DNA of 64,000 nt from Oikopleura dioica (lineage: Eukaryota; Animalia; Chordata), in NCBI GenBank assembly GCA_907165135.1, contig OU015567.1:15066001-15130000 (forward strand), written 5' to 3'. How positions within the stretch are numbered: the stretch's first letter is position 1; each line of letters begins with the position of its first letter. Under the pieces are notes generated by a model, which did no database searches, was not told the DNA's origin, and worked only from the letters and a program-made list of their open reading frames with translations. Below, in pieces: positions 36,505 through 48,638 of this stretch. The translations under genes were made by a program, and so were the position numbers.

Positions 36505-39143
36505 ATGATTCGTGGAAGGGGTCGAGGACGGGGGAGAATACCAGTGGAAAGGGACGAACCAAGCTCAGACTCTGCTCTTGGCTATTCTTCCTCTGGAGGT
36601 TCGTTTTTTGCTGCTTTTTGCTTGCATAACTCGTAAATTGCTCGTTGCGTAATCATCACTCCCAGTTTGAACTTTTTCTTCGATTGAAAATTCAATATTT
36701 TTTTAATAAGAATGAACTTTAACTTCTTTTATAAAAAGTTCAATTGAAGATTCACTTTTCAGCTTCCCGTGGTATTGGCCGAGGACGTGGAGGAAATCGT
36801 GCTTTTGGAGAATCAGTCTCAGACATAATTTTAAGACGAAGGAATGAAACGAATCAAGTGAATTCAGGTCAATCCGGCCAGATTCGAAATACCGGTGTTC
36901 GAAGCATTCGAGGACGCGGACGAGGATTCCCCACGAATAATCTGGGAATCGATTATGCTCATTCTCTCCCAGATGCAACTCGAAATCGAGGAAAGTCCTT
37001 TGATAGCGAAAATATTCGGCCAGCGGCTCAACAGTACGATGATCCGGAAGAGCCAAAGAGCATCGAATTGTCGCAAATTCGGCAATATCATCATCGACAG
37101 CCACAAAGTGGAGATCAGGGAATCAAGCCTTCTGCTGAAAAGGCTTGGCCTGACATGTGGCATGGCGATTCCACTGGCAAAGAAGGTAAACAAACTTCGT
37201 TATCGTCCATTTACAGTTCAATTAGGTCAGCCGCAAATTGGCGTCTCTCCGTTCTCTGAAAGTGGCCGATTTGTGATCACGGGCGAATCGAAGATAGTCA
37301 CTCACAAAAAGAAAAAACGCTACCAGTTCGGTGGAGTAACGCGCGTCGCAGACGTAAGCGCTCAAGACTCTCATCAGACCATTGCCAGATCTTTGCAAGT
37401 TCAAGCGCCGCCAAAACCAATTCCTCATTACATCTTCACGGACTTCGTCGAAAACAGCAGAAACACGAATCAATTGTTGAACGAGTTCTGTCAGTTCCAG
37501 CGAAAGTCGTTGAAATTCCTCGATGTGGCGGCGAAAGAGAGCTACAAAAATTACTCAATCATGGCGAGTGTGGACGGCTTCGATTACGCCCCGGCTGAGG
37601 CGTGGAAGAAAAAGATTGCCAAAGAAGCTGCTTCTCGAAATGCTCTGAAACGATTGCTAATCGAGTACTACGGGGACATGGGTGATTTACCGAAAGTAGA
37701 GCAGCTGAAAAATATGAAAGAAGGAGACGAGAAAATCTCTCGAGACCAGGATCATCCAACGCGTTATCGCCCCATGCCGAGAATTGGAATGAACGAGCTT
37801 GGATTGGGCTTGATTACGTTGTACCCTGAGCCGCACGAAGGAGGACATGGCGACACCGAGTCAAATCTGATCATCGGCAGCATCTGGGAGAAAATGGCCG
37901 AGTTGAGGATTGATAGAGATGGCTTCAAAGACGACATCGTCGCAGTCGTTCTTCGTTGGAGTGGAGTTTTCGCCGCTCGTGATCCACTGGTTGTTTCGAT
38001 CGCGACAGGAAGCCGAATGAAAGAAGCGACTGATTTCAAAGAAGAGCATCGTGATCTTGCTGGCAAATGGGGCCGAGTGCTCCAGGACACGTCTCCTTGG
38101 TCACTGGCGCGGCGAGGTTTGAAGCGATATCTTCTCCACGAAGCGAGCAAGTTTTACACGCTTCAGTATGAAAACAAGTTTGATGAATACTTCTCAATTT
38201 TTGAGATTCCTGCAAATAACAGCTCCAGTCAAGTTTTGGCTCTCAAAGAAGGGATCGAATTAGTTTATTTTGCGACAAGTAAGTCTATCAGTCTCACCAG
38301 TGAAAAACCCCTTGTTCAGGTGTTCCAGAAATGCGAGATGAAAATACGCGACTTGACCAGAGACCCGCTTCTTTCATCAATCGCAGCGGGGACAAACTTC
38401 TCCGATCTTTGGTGCTCGGTCTGCAAGGATCTCTTGCTGCTCGTCTGATGGAGCCCATCTATCCAAGTCGAATTCTTATCGGCGAAAGACCAGGCTCGAC
38501 TCGTTCTGCTGACGATGCTTATTATTTGGATATGTACATCAAGGTTTGTCAAGTTGTTCTTTTCTTGTAAATATAAATTTTAGGAACATCTACCCGACGA
38601 GATGGCAGCAGAATCTCATGAACTTCCCGGCGTTTATCACGTCTTCCGTCCGTCTATTTACCCTGTTCAATTGAACGAAAAGTTCCCCAAGCCGAATCCA
38701 AAGGCTCGTGCTTTGAACTGGGTCCATCTTGTACCCTTGCACCAAGAAAACAAGAAGACTTCACGAGAATTCATCGATCAAGCGAGCGGTTACACTATCT
38801 TTAGAAGGATCGGAGAAGAACGAGATAGACGAGGGACCTCGCGGCTTAGCAAATTCGCCCTGTGGAAGCTTTACTTGGAGAGTATAAATATCCGACGAAT
38901 GAAAATCCAGGATCAGGACAACAGTCAGAGAATCAGCAAATACCACGCGAAGGATCATCGATTGGTAACTTCTATTTCAAGTTTTTTTACTAACAGCATT
39001 TGCAGACAAAAGAACTGATCACCGATGCCTGGATTGAGATGGGCTTCGGCGAGTGGCCATGCGATCCAGCCGTCTATGAGTTGGATGTGGAGCAACCGCG
39101 ACCTGGCAGAGACATTTTGCTCTGCGATGTATATTTCCGCTAG
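36505..39143 (+). CDS. ADAR/ADAD-like protein: RG-rich N-terminus, one dsRBD, inactive adenosine deaminase domain
   Basis: MIRGRGRGRGR; dsRBD NTNQLLNEFCQ...KKKIAKEAASRNAL; deaminase fold VSIATGS...VLQDTSPWSLARR, GDKLLRSLVLGLQGSL...EPIY, ALNW, SRLSKFAL, EMGFGEW. Confidence 0.85.
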
Positions 39144-39329
39144 ATTAAAACCGAAAATAGAGGGGATCGTTCACTACCAACAGTGCCTACCAAAATGCAC
39201 CAGAAACTTCAATTTATTAACTGCCTCACTCCTTACACACTGAAAACAGATACTGTAGTTAAAAACTACCTTTAAAATTTTAAGATTTCAGTCTTGTTAT
39301 TATTTTATTCAGATTAAAATGACTCGAAA

Positions 39330-42300
39330 ATGAAAATCGAATCGGTTGTGTCCGAGATACTGCAAATCCTTCCTGATAAAAATGCTGGAACGCACCGTTT
39401 GCTCTTTTGCTCGCTGTACAAAGTTGCCAAAGATGAGCCGAAAGTTGTAGTGCGCTACATTCTTGATGAGCTGGATAAGTTTTCTGTTGTTCAGCACGAT
39501 GGTGAGTTGATTCTTTTTTGTTTGAAACTTATTTTGTTCAAGTGATTTTCGACTTATTCGCGAAGTTGATCCAGGACGATGAAAACTGCGTCTCCAATGG
39601 TCAGGCAGAAGAAATGATTCCCCTAGCCACTGCGGCTTTGTCCCAATCTAGGTTGAACTTGATTGGATCTCTTTGTGGAAAATATGCGTCTGAAATCGTC
39701 GATCATCTTTTATCGCAGAGTTGTGACCATACAATGGCTTATTTATCCCGTGTCGCTGAAGAGTGTGACCTCGCTGTTGATTTGATTTTCCGACTGCTTA
39801 CTGGTTCGCAATCTTACATCGTCAATTCTGAGGAGATTCCAGACAGAATTAATTGTTGCCGATTTATCTCCAAAATCATGCAAAACATGATGGAAAAGAA
39901 AGGCGAAGAAAACCTGATCGAGCAGGCTGTCTTTGACAATTTACTCGCTTGTTTGTTACAGTGGCATGGTCTGAAAAACAACGACTCGTTGTTGCGCGAT
40001 AAATCATTAGAGGCTGCTACTCTTCTTTGTTTCTCGATGCCGTGGGGGCGCGCAGACTGTCTTACAACACTGAAAACGTTGTACAGCCCTTATTTGAAAG
40101 ACCGCAAGTCTGAGATCAACATCATTTACTCCTACCATCTTTTACTGTCGTTATTTATCAACAAGTCGCCACGACTCATATCAGAAAATATCGATCAAAC
40201 AATGGCTGATCTTTTTCGAATTGTCAACCCAACAGCTCTACAACAAAGCGATGTTTATCGATGCTGGGGATGTCTGGTCCAAGAGTTCCCCACTCAAATC
40301 CTTCAGTTTCTGCTGAAAAAGCTCGACAGTATGCCTTCCATGGCGATTGTAAAAGTAAAAGCACTCAGAGTGATTCAGTACTTGATCAATTACGAAAAAC
40401 CGTACATCCAGAACAAGACGGAAGAAATCATCAAAGCGCTTATTCCAATCCAGTCGAATACGAACTCTCATTGTAGACTTCATCTTCTTCACGTGACACA
40501 GGCTTTATTGAACAACCAAATGCTAGATTCTAAAAACGCGTCCTCTGGTCGACAGCTTGTTGAATTTATCGTTCGTATGGCTGCTTTGAGAAAAAATCAT
40601 CCGGATCCAGATTTGAAAAAGCTCCGCATCGCTGCAGAAAATATCTTTCAATTGTCCTCGTCGTCGTCAAATGAGACCAGAGCATTTCTTTGGCCACTAC
40701 TTCTTACGTTTCTTACAATGCCTGCTTATCACGGAGCGGCGAGTAGTATCGCAAAAGCGCTGGAAATGATTGCCAATCGACAGGTAGCAGAATCGCTGCC
40801 GTTGGAGTTTCCTTCCAAACCAGCTCACGCCGTCTTATTCGTCCGTTGTTTGTTATTCCTGTCGAATCCGAAAGAAACTGAACCCGGAGCGCTGTTGTCC
40901 TTTCTTCAATATTTATCCAAATCAATTAACGCCGAAGTTGATGCAATATTCCGCGTTGTTCTCCCGCGCCTCGATGCTTACTTGTCGGCAAATTTATACA
41001 ACTCCAGCTGGAATGTAGACGAGTGGCATCAGCTTTTACTGAAGCTTGTTACGAGATCCCTGTCGATTCATGATTCGGGATCGTTTCTGTCTGGAGTTAG
41101 AAGTGAAATTTCGAAAACTCTAGTTTGCCCCCAAAGCGTCAGATCTCGACCGTTTTTGCTCCAATGTTCTGCTGCCGCGTTGAGGTAAAAAATAAGCGAA
41201 CTAAGTCGGTCTCACAGGTTATTATAGCGCCACGCCGAACACGAAGTTTATCTTGAACGGAATCGATGAATTAATGAATATTTCCATCCATCAAAATCCA
41301 TTTGAAAGAGACGCTTGCGCAAAAGCGATTCGCCTTCTTGCGAATTCCAAGCATTTCGACTCTGTTGTGGATAGATTTCTAAAGTCGAGTCAGGGAAAAG
41401 TGATGAAGACGGAAACCAAAATCACGAAAATCATCTTCGGAAGCGGCGATTCTCAGCGAGAACATGTAAAATCAACTGTTTTCTCCGCGCTAACCCACAT
41501 TTTCAACACTATGATTGAAAAGGAAACATATTCTGTCTTCATCCAGGTTAGATATTATTCTATGTTATCCGGTTTTATCGGTTATTAGTGCACTCAGTTC
41601 TTGTTGGAAGCTGGAGAGTGTTCATCACTAGAAACATGGCTAGAGTTTTGGCAGGCGGTTTCTGCTTGCTCGAAAGTGTCAGCAGCATCTGGGAAGACTT
41701 TCCTTGGGCGAAATACTGTCATCGATATTTGTTGCAAGAGAATATTGCCGAAGGAAGAGTTTTCCTCAATCCACCCTGAAGTTATCTCTTCGCTTTCGAA
41801 TTTGATCCTTTCTCAGGTAAATTTTGATTCTCAGTCCACCTCTCATTCGCGATTTAGCCTGCTGTTCAAGCTGGGGAAGCGATAGATCTTCTCAGGTTTT
41901 CACTCTCCGTTCCAAAGTCATCAGAATTTCCCTCGTGCTATCTTGAAGCGTTGACTTCTCATTTTGATTCGACGCTCAAACTTTCACCCTCCCCGGATAA
42001 TTGCTTCAATCTACTCATGCTTGTCAAGTCATGGCTACTAGATGAGCGTATAAAAGCTCGTCAAAGTGCTATTCATATCTGGCTATCGATACTCGTCAAA
42101 TTTTTGGATTACGTTAATGCTCCTGTTGATGAGCATTCGTCTTCCGTAAAACCGGGGGACATGCATCACTTTCAATCCCTTCTACCCGTCGCCTGCATTC
42201 GCTGCATCGACTCAGACCTCGTCACCCGTCGAACCGCACTAGAAGTAGTCATCATCCTAATCGACCTCTACTACGCTCGATCTAACGACACTATGCCAAC

Positions 42301-45300
42301 CGAACTACGCGAAAAAATGACACGAGCAAACCGCAAGATTTTGACAACAGAAACAGGTATTTATTGCGGATAGATGTTGGTCACAGCGGGAGGCAGCGGG
42401 TGAAAAGACTCGAGATCAGGATGAGAACGCAGAGTATGAGCAAACAGCGGAGGAGGGATGTCCAATTTTCGAGGTCCGGGTTTGTCTTGGGCTGGATGAT
42501 CTGAATTCTTTCCACTTGTTCCGCCAGTGCCTCGGTAAATCTCTGTTCTGCGGATTTTCCGGATCCCATGGGGCAACTGGGATCCTTATCTTCTTTTTTT
42601 GGCGGCTCCTTGGGCGACTGCCTGAATAAAATAATGTTAGTTTCATATTTTCATGTTTATTATCTCACCATTTGTAAACCCCATATGCGAGAACAGCTCC
42701 GGCAAGTGAAAACACAATGAGTTTGATCTTCTCGCCAGTCAAATTCATCGGGCTCCTTTCGAGTTGAAACATTGAAACAAAACTGCTTGTGCTAAATACA
42801 AATTGATATGAACTGAGCTCGAGTCTGATTTTTGCCAACAACAACGACCCTGTTCTAGAGAAAATATGCAATTTTGCAATGCAATTTTTTTCTTAGAAAG
42901 CATGTTTGCTGGAGCAAAGGATCTCGGTCAAATCTACTGCGAGCTAATTCGAGGAAAATCGGAATCTTTCATCAGTGGCCTTCTTGATTCCATTTCTGAC
43001 CCAGATGAGCAAGCTGCTAATGGAGCTGTTTTATTCCTGACTCTTCTGGCGGAGGAATATCCGATCCAAGATGTCAAGCCGCTTATGAGAACACTCATCG
43101 GAAAGCTCCGGAGCTTACCAAACTCACATGTCAAGTCCCGCGCCGGTATTTTGTCTATTTTCGCTATTATTGGCGCTCAAAGCCCTGATGACGTTGTCGA
43201 CGAGCTTATTAGTGGCGACACGACTTTTTGCGATGTCAACTCCTTGCATACTCACATTTGGCGTTATCTCGCGCCAAAGCCATTTATCGGGGAACAGTTT
43301 TGGAAAATACTCCGGGAGAAGCTCTGTTTCGGCGAGATTTTCAACGATTCGACGACTCTTTACAATGGTCGGCGCCCATCCAAGATCAAAATAGTCGAAC
43401 TTGACTTTCTTGGAGCGCTTTGTGCATCGCTTGAAGTTATTCCTAGGCTTTCAGCAGAAATTATCAAAGACGATCTTTCTCAACATCTATCTCGTCTTAT
43501 TGGCCGTTGGGCGATGCTCATAGACGCAAGCTTTCCTCTTACTCAATTTGGATCGTCAAAAGCAGCGACGACCACACCGTCAATAATAATGGCCAATCTT
43601 CTCAAAGTCATCTTCCAGAAGATTCACTTACTCTCTGCTTCTAAGAAAGCGAGAGAACTTCCAAATACAAACACTGAGGATCGAATCACGACGCAACTCG
43701 TCTGCAAAGGTCTCAAGTCTGTTATCAACGCAATAGCAGCTGATGACATGAAGTTCTTGTGCGAACTAACGCAAGAGCAAATGAAGTTGCTCGACGATTC
43801 CAGCTCATGGGAAGCAGATCTTGCGACGATATCGATATTGAGTGACACAATGGTCATTCTCAGCCAGAGTCTCAAGTCATCAAATGATCAAAAGGAAGCT
43901 GACACACTTTTATCAATCATGAAGAAGCTCTCAACAATCTGTGGATGCTCAACAACAATGACGACAGTGCGGTTCATTGCAATAAATGGCCTTGGTAACC
44001 TCTTCCTGCCGCCTGAAATTCGTTGCCTGGTTGATGTGGATGACGTTTTCAAATCTTTACTTGAGCTGTTCTTGTCCATCCTTCGTGGAAGTCAGGAGGA
44101 TATGATTTTGTCTGAAGCATTTCATGGAATCACAAAAGTCGTTCGAAACTCTGTCAAGCCGCCCATGAGTTCTTTTCGGAAGCCAATCTTTCAAATGGCT
44201 ACCACTTTCTTTCAAAAAGCCAATCCGGCTACAAGAAGATCAGCTGTAGAAGTCATCACTGTCCTGAGTGTGAATTTCCGCGACGATGAAGACAAGGAAG
44301 ACTTTGTCGAGGAGCTCCATCGGAATTTACTCGATGTGCTCATTTGCCTAGCTGACAACGATAAAGACGTCAAACACGCTGCACAAGATGTGTTGCTGTC
44401 TATCGCGCCACTGATGGTCGACGAGTGTGAGCAACTTATACAGAAACATGCTAAAAGGTACGCTTTTATCGAAAAAAGGCAAAGTCTATTTCAAGTTCAG
44501 TGACAATCTGCACACGGGCGAGTTCACGGCTGAGTTCTGTTGTCGCTACGTGAAAAACTATTCCGTCGAGCAAAGTATCGCCATGATTTCGACCGCTAAG
44601 GAGCGCCTCTCGTCTCCTTGCGGAACCGTGCGCGGACAAGCAACAACTATCGTCGGTGCTTTGACCAAAGATTTCCCCGAAAGTCCAAAACTCGCTCCGC
44701 TGGCGGCCGAGTTGCTACCCATCTTTGTGCAGATGCTGCACGACGAGTGTCCGGACGCACGCGCCAGGCTAGGTTCAACAAAATCGCCCGAAACCAAGAT
44801 CGGGTTTTATCGGGTTTTTTAGGAGGTCGGGTTTTGTTGGATCGGGCTTTGTTGGATTTTATCGGGTTTTTGTCGGGTCCGAAATCGGGTTTTTATCGGG
44901 TTTTTTGTCGGATTTTTGTCGGGTTTCCTACAAGCAAAAATTAAAAAAATCAAGTCAAAAGAAGGTCAATAACTTATCTTGAGCAGATTTTTTCAACAAT
45001 TTTCGAGGATCATTAATAATATAATTTAGAATGTGCATTTTCCCACTGTGCAATAATATTAGTAATACGGTAGAATATAGAATAAATAATCCAAACCCTC
45101 TTTATATGTTTAGAAAGCTTGGACCTTGCTGAGTTGCAGTTTAGGGGGTTAGGCCTTGCCGAGGTCACATGACTTTAAATAACCCATGGGGTTGAAAATA
45201 GTGGGAGTCAACCTAAAAGACTGTTCTGCTAAGGCCTTCAAGCTCAGGCGTTCTCTGACACTGTTTTTTTTATGTTTCCGACGTCATTTTCGACCCCCTG

Positions 45301-46091
45301 TAAAAAAGGGATGAGTATATCCTGAGATTCTCTTAACCCCTCTACGCCACAGAATAGACCTTCAGCTCTTATTTGAGCCCCTTTGAGACGCTGTACGATG
45401 ATTGTACTCCGAGAACATAGACTCCCAATATGAGGTTAAAATTGGCGAAATCGGGTATTTCCGGGTTGATGACGTCATTTGTCAAAGATCACGTGACATT
45501 GACATTTGCTCAGTATCCCTACGCTACAGATCAGACCCTAAGCTACATTTTGGTACCCTGGGGGACTATTTGCGACTTCTCTGGTCGGAGAACATAGACT
45601 CCCCAGTTGTCGGAAACATAAAAAACAGTGTCTCTGAAATTCTGCCCTCGAAATGGATCGCTGATTGCCAGGGACCTCGCTGAATTTCATTCTCTCAATC
45701 GCCAGAAGATTATCTTTGGTAAGATTAATGTAAATGTCCTCTAGAGCTCGTTCTCTGCCTTTCCCCGGTAACCGGGGCCCGGTTTTGGAGGCAGTTCTCA
45801 TCTATTTCGAGTGCTTTTTGAGTAAATAAGGGCAAGGGAGGCTATTTAGACCGACTGTGATTGACTGAAAAGGCAAGAAAAACCCGACGAAATTCCGACA
45901 AAATCCGACAAAAACCCGATCCTACGTCGGGTTTTTGAAATTTTCAGGATCGGGTTTTGTAGGGTGAAAAAAACCCGACAAAACCCGATAAATATCCGAT
46001 CCGATATCGGGTTTTCCGGGCATCGGATTTCGATTTGTTGAACCTAGGCGCCAGGGCTGGAGAAGCGCTTTCATTTATTTATCGTTTCTGA
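39330..46091 (+). CDS. MROH1: Maestro heat-like repeat protein; last exon split by a transposon
   Basis: Long helical ORFs (39518-41188, 42866-44503 and others) totalling roughly 1,600 aa; HEAT-like C-terminus LHDECPDARAR..AGEALSFIYRF* reconstructed across the insertion. The symbol is a family-level call. Confidence 0.75.
42381..42772 (-). CDS. Small membrane protein (~114 aa) nested antisense in a MROH1 intron
   Basis: Two exons joined by GTGAG...TTCAG: MFQLERSPMNLTGEKIKLIVFSLAGAVLAYGVYK|WQSPKEPP...LLRCLLILCVLILISSLFTRCLPL*. It lies wholly within intron 42357-42896. Confidence 0.65.
44769..46047. mobile_element. Non-autonomous hAT-like transposon (family D, 1,279 bp) in the last coding exon of MROH1
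   Basis: TIR CTAGGTTCAACAAA(A)TCG; perfect 8-bp TSD GCGCCAGG (44761-68, 46048-55); dense subterminal TCGGGTTTT / AAACCCGA repeats at both ends. Confidence 0.95.
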
Positions 46092-46271
46092 GTCTCAACA
46101 GCCACGTATTCATTCATTCTCTATTCACTTTCAAAGTTATCATTTACTATCTTATTTCTTCATCTGCACTATTTCCGACGCGTTTCAAGCCCATCAACTT
46201 TACGGACAAATCAACGAGTAAAACTGAAAGTTTTCATGCAAACTTAAACATCATCGATCCTTCCATTTCAG

Positions 46272-47450
46272 ATGTCGGCGGGTTACAATTCGGGCCTATC
46301 AGAATATCCGAACAAGGGAAAACTGAATCTGAAAGAGGCCGAAGATGCTCTTGAAGAAATTGAAAAGAAAATCGACGAGCTAGTCGAACTGATAATGGAG
46401 TCGAAAAGAACGGTTGTTCATACTGGCGCCGGAATTTCCACGAGCTGTGGGATCCCTGATTTTCGCGGTCCTAAGGTAGTGGTCAATATTTATTGTTGGC
46501 TAAACATAAGCGCATCATTGTTGATCACGGTAATTGGGAATGTGGACAAGAGAAGCAAAAGGCGAAAAAGTGGAGGAGGGCATAGAATGGTCGAATGCGA
46601 GACCGTCGAAAACGCACATGGCTCTCGTCGAACTGGAAAAACGAGGACATGTCCAATGGCTCGTCTCCCAAAATGTCGATGGGCTTCATGCACGCTCAGG
46701 ATTTCCTCTCAACAGATTCGCAGAGCTTCATGGTAAAAAACTCAATTCAATAAGTTTACCTTACTTTTTCAGGAAATGTATTCGCTATCCACTGCCCGAG
46801 CTGCAAGTACAGAGAGATTCAAGACAACCCCGTCGAATTTATTGGACAAAAACCTATCGGAAGAATTTGTGGTCAAATAAATTCGCGCGGATCTACCTGT
46901 CGTCGACAGTTAGGTATTCCTTGCTTCTTTTGTAATCCCCCATTTACAACATTTTCATAGTCGATTCTGTTCTTGACTGGGAGCACGACCTTCCAGAGCC
47001 CTTCTTCTCAGACTCATGGGCGCAATCTGAAGCGGCAGATCTCTCTATCGTACTTGGATCATCGCTACAAATTCAGCCGGCGAATACATTACCCACGCTT
47101 TCCAGAAAGATGGTGATCATTAACTTGTCGAATACAAAAATGGACAGAAAGGCGCACCTAATCATCAAGTCCAAATGCGATTTCGCCATAGAAATACTCA
47201 TGCAAAAGCTGAAAATAGGTTTGCTTGCGTTTTCTTACCCAGAATCTAAAGAAATTCAGACATTCCGGAATGGACAGGACCTACGATCGTAAAAGAATCT
47301 TCCCTCAAACTAGAACCACTGCCGATCAAAGAAGCGAAGCCAAAAACAACTCGTCGAAAAAGAAAAACTAAAAGTGAACAAGACCCGGACTATACTTCTC
47401 ATTCTGTACCTAAAGCACCCAAAAACGAAATTCCTGAAAATGAACTATGA
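46272..47450 (+). CDS. SIRT6: NAD-dependent deacylase sirtuin 6
   Basis: MSAGYNSGLSEYPNKG; HTGAGISTSCGIPDFRGPK; SQNVDGLH; ELHG; Zn-binding CPSC...C...C; DSVLDWE; LGSSLQIQPA. Confidence 0.95.
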
Positions 47451-47487
47451 TTTAGTTACTACAGCTCTTTTTATTCAAATGTTTCAG

Positions 47488-48559
47488 ATGCAAAACTTGA
47501 GGGGTAAATGCCTCCTCAGTTGTGCCTTTCGAAATCGTGCTGTTTCAAGAAATTTGTCCTTGACATCCGTTTATCTTGACGAAGATAAGGATACAAAGCT
47601 TGTGCCTGGATCTATCAAGCAGTTTGTCCGCGTTTTCGGCCACAAGACTGAGAAACACGCGACTAGGAATGGGAACTTGATATTAGATCATAGAAGGCGG
47701 CTGAGGAGAGCTATCAAATCTATGATTTTCACTCCTTTTTACGCTGGTAATTTTGAGACTCATCAATTTTAGTGGTCAAACTTTACTTCAGTGCCACTAT
47801 TATTCGATGAAATTAGTATACCAATGCTGGGTGCGATAGATGCAGTCAGCCCTTGTTTTATGCTTGCAGCTTGGCAACTGTACAGTTTTGCTCTGCTGAA
47901 AGATTACAAAGCTCAATATCCTCTAGGTATTCCAAGATTTGCTGTGAGCTTTCTTTTACTTTCAGTTCAGTTCACAAAGTTTTATTCAATCCCTACGATG
48001 GCGGAGTTGCTCTAATGCGCGAGCAGTGGGCTCACGCCGCTAATCCACTGAAAAATCGAAGACCAAAGTTAGAATTATTTTATATTCCTCACGAAGAGAG
48101 TCACATGTATAAAGCTGTTGGCACGACTCTTCCCGAAGGTTGCGTTATTCAAGATGTTGATGAAAAGGTGAAAGATGGTACAAACGTTAGCTCGCATCAT
48201 GGTAAAGAAAGCATGATTTAGAATCACATTTGAATCAATACGGCTTCAGGTTTTATTCATTCTGATGTAATATTAAACGAGATTGCGTTCGACAATTACA
48301 CTGACGAACTTCTTGCATCGAGGCTTATGAACGATATGATCGATTTGCGATTCCAAAAAGACTCTATTCTTAGACTACCAGATATTTCTTTTGGCAAGAA
48401 TGCCGAGGTAAGATCCATTGTACGCTAGCTTTCCACTCAATTTAATTTCAGTATGTCGAGCGTGATCAAGTATCGGAACGATTCCAAGAAGCTCGAAAGC
48501 GTCGTGATGCATTCGCTGATCGAATGATGCATCCTTCTCAAGCTGACCAAGCCAAATGA
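47488..48559 (+). CDS. Uncharacterised protein with mitochondrial-type presequence and hydrophobic segments
   Basis: AG acceptor directly before the ATG; basic N-terminus MQNLRGKCLLSCAFRNRAVSR; short introns join ORFs 47488-47746, ~47800-47925, ~47971-48165 and later exons to ...HPSQADQAK*. Confidence 0.6.
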
Positions 48560-48638
48560 CCTCTCAAAACAATCCTCTGCCTTCGATCTCTTTTCTCAGA
48601 AGCAAATAGTTCATTCAGAAAGTTCGTGTCGCGAAAGC

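Noticed and set aside
45402-45801. ORFs inside the family D element as a possible transposase
   Set aside because: Short (87-93 aa), with no BED finger, DDE or hAT dimerisation motif visible.
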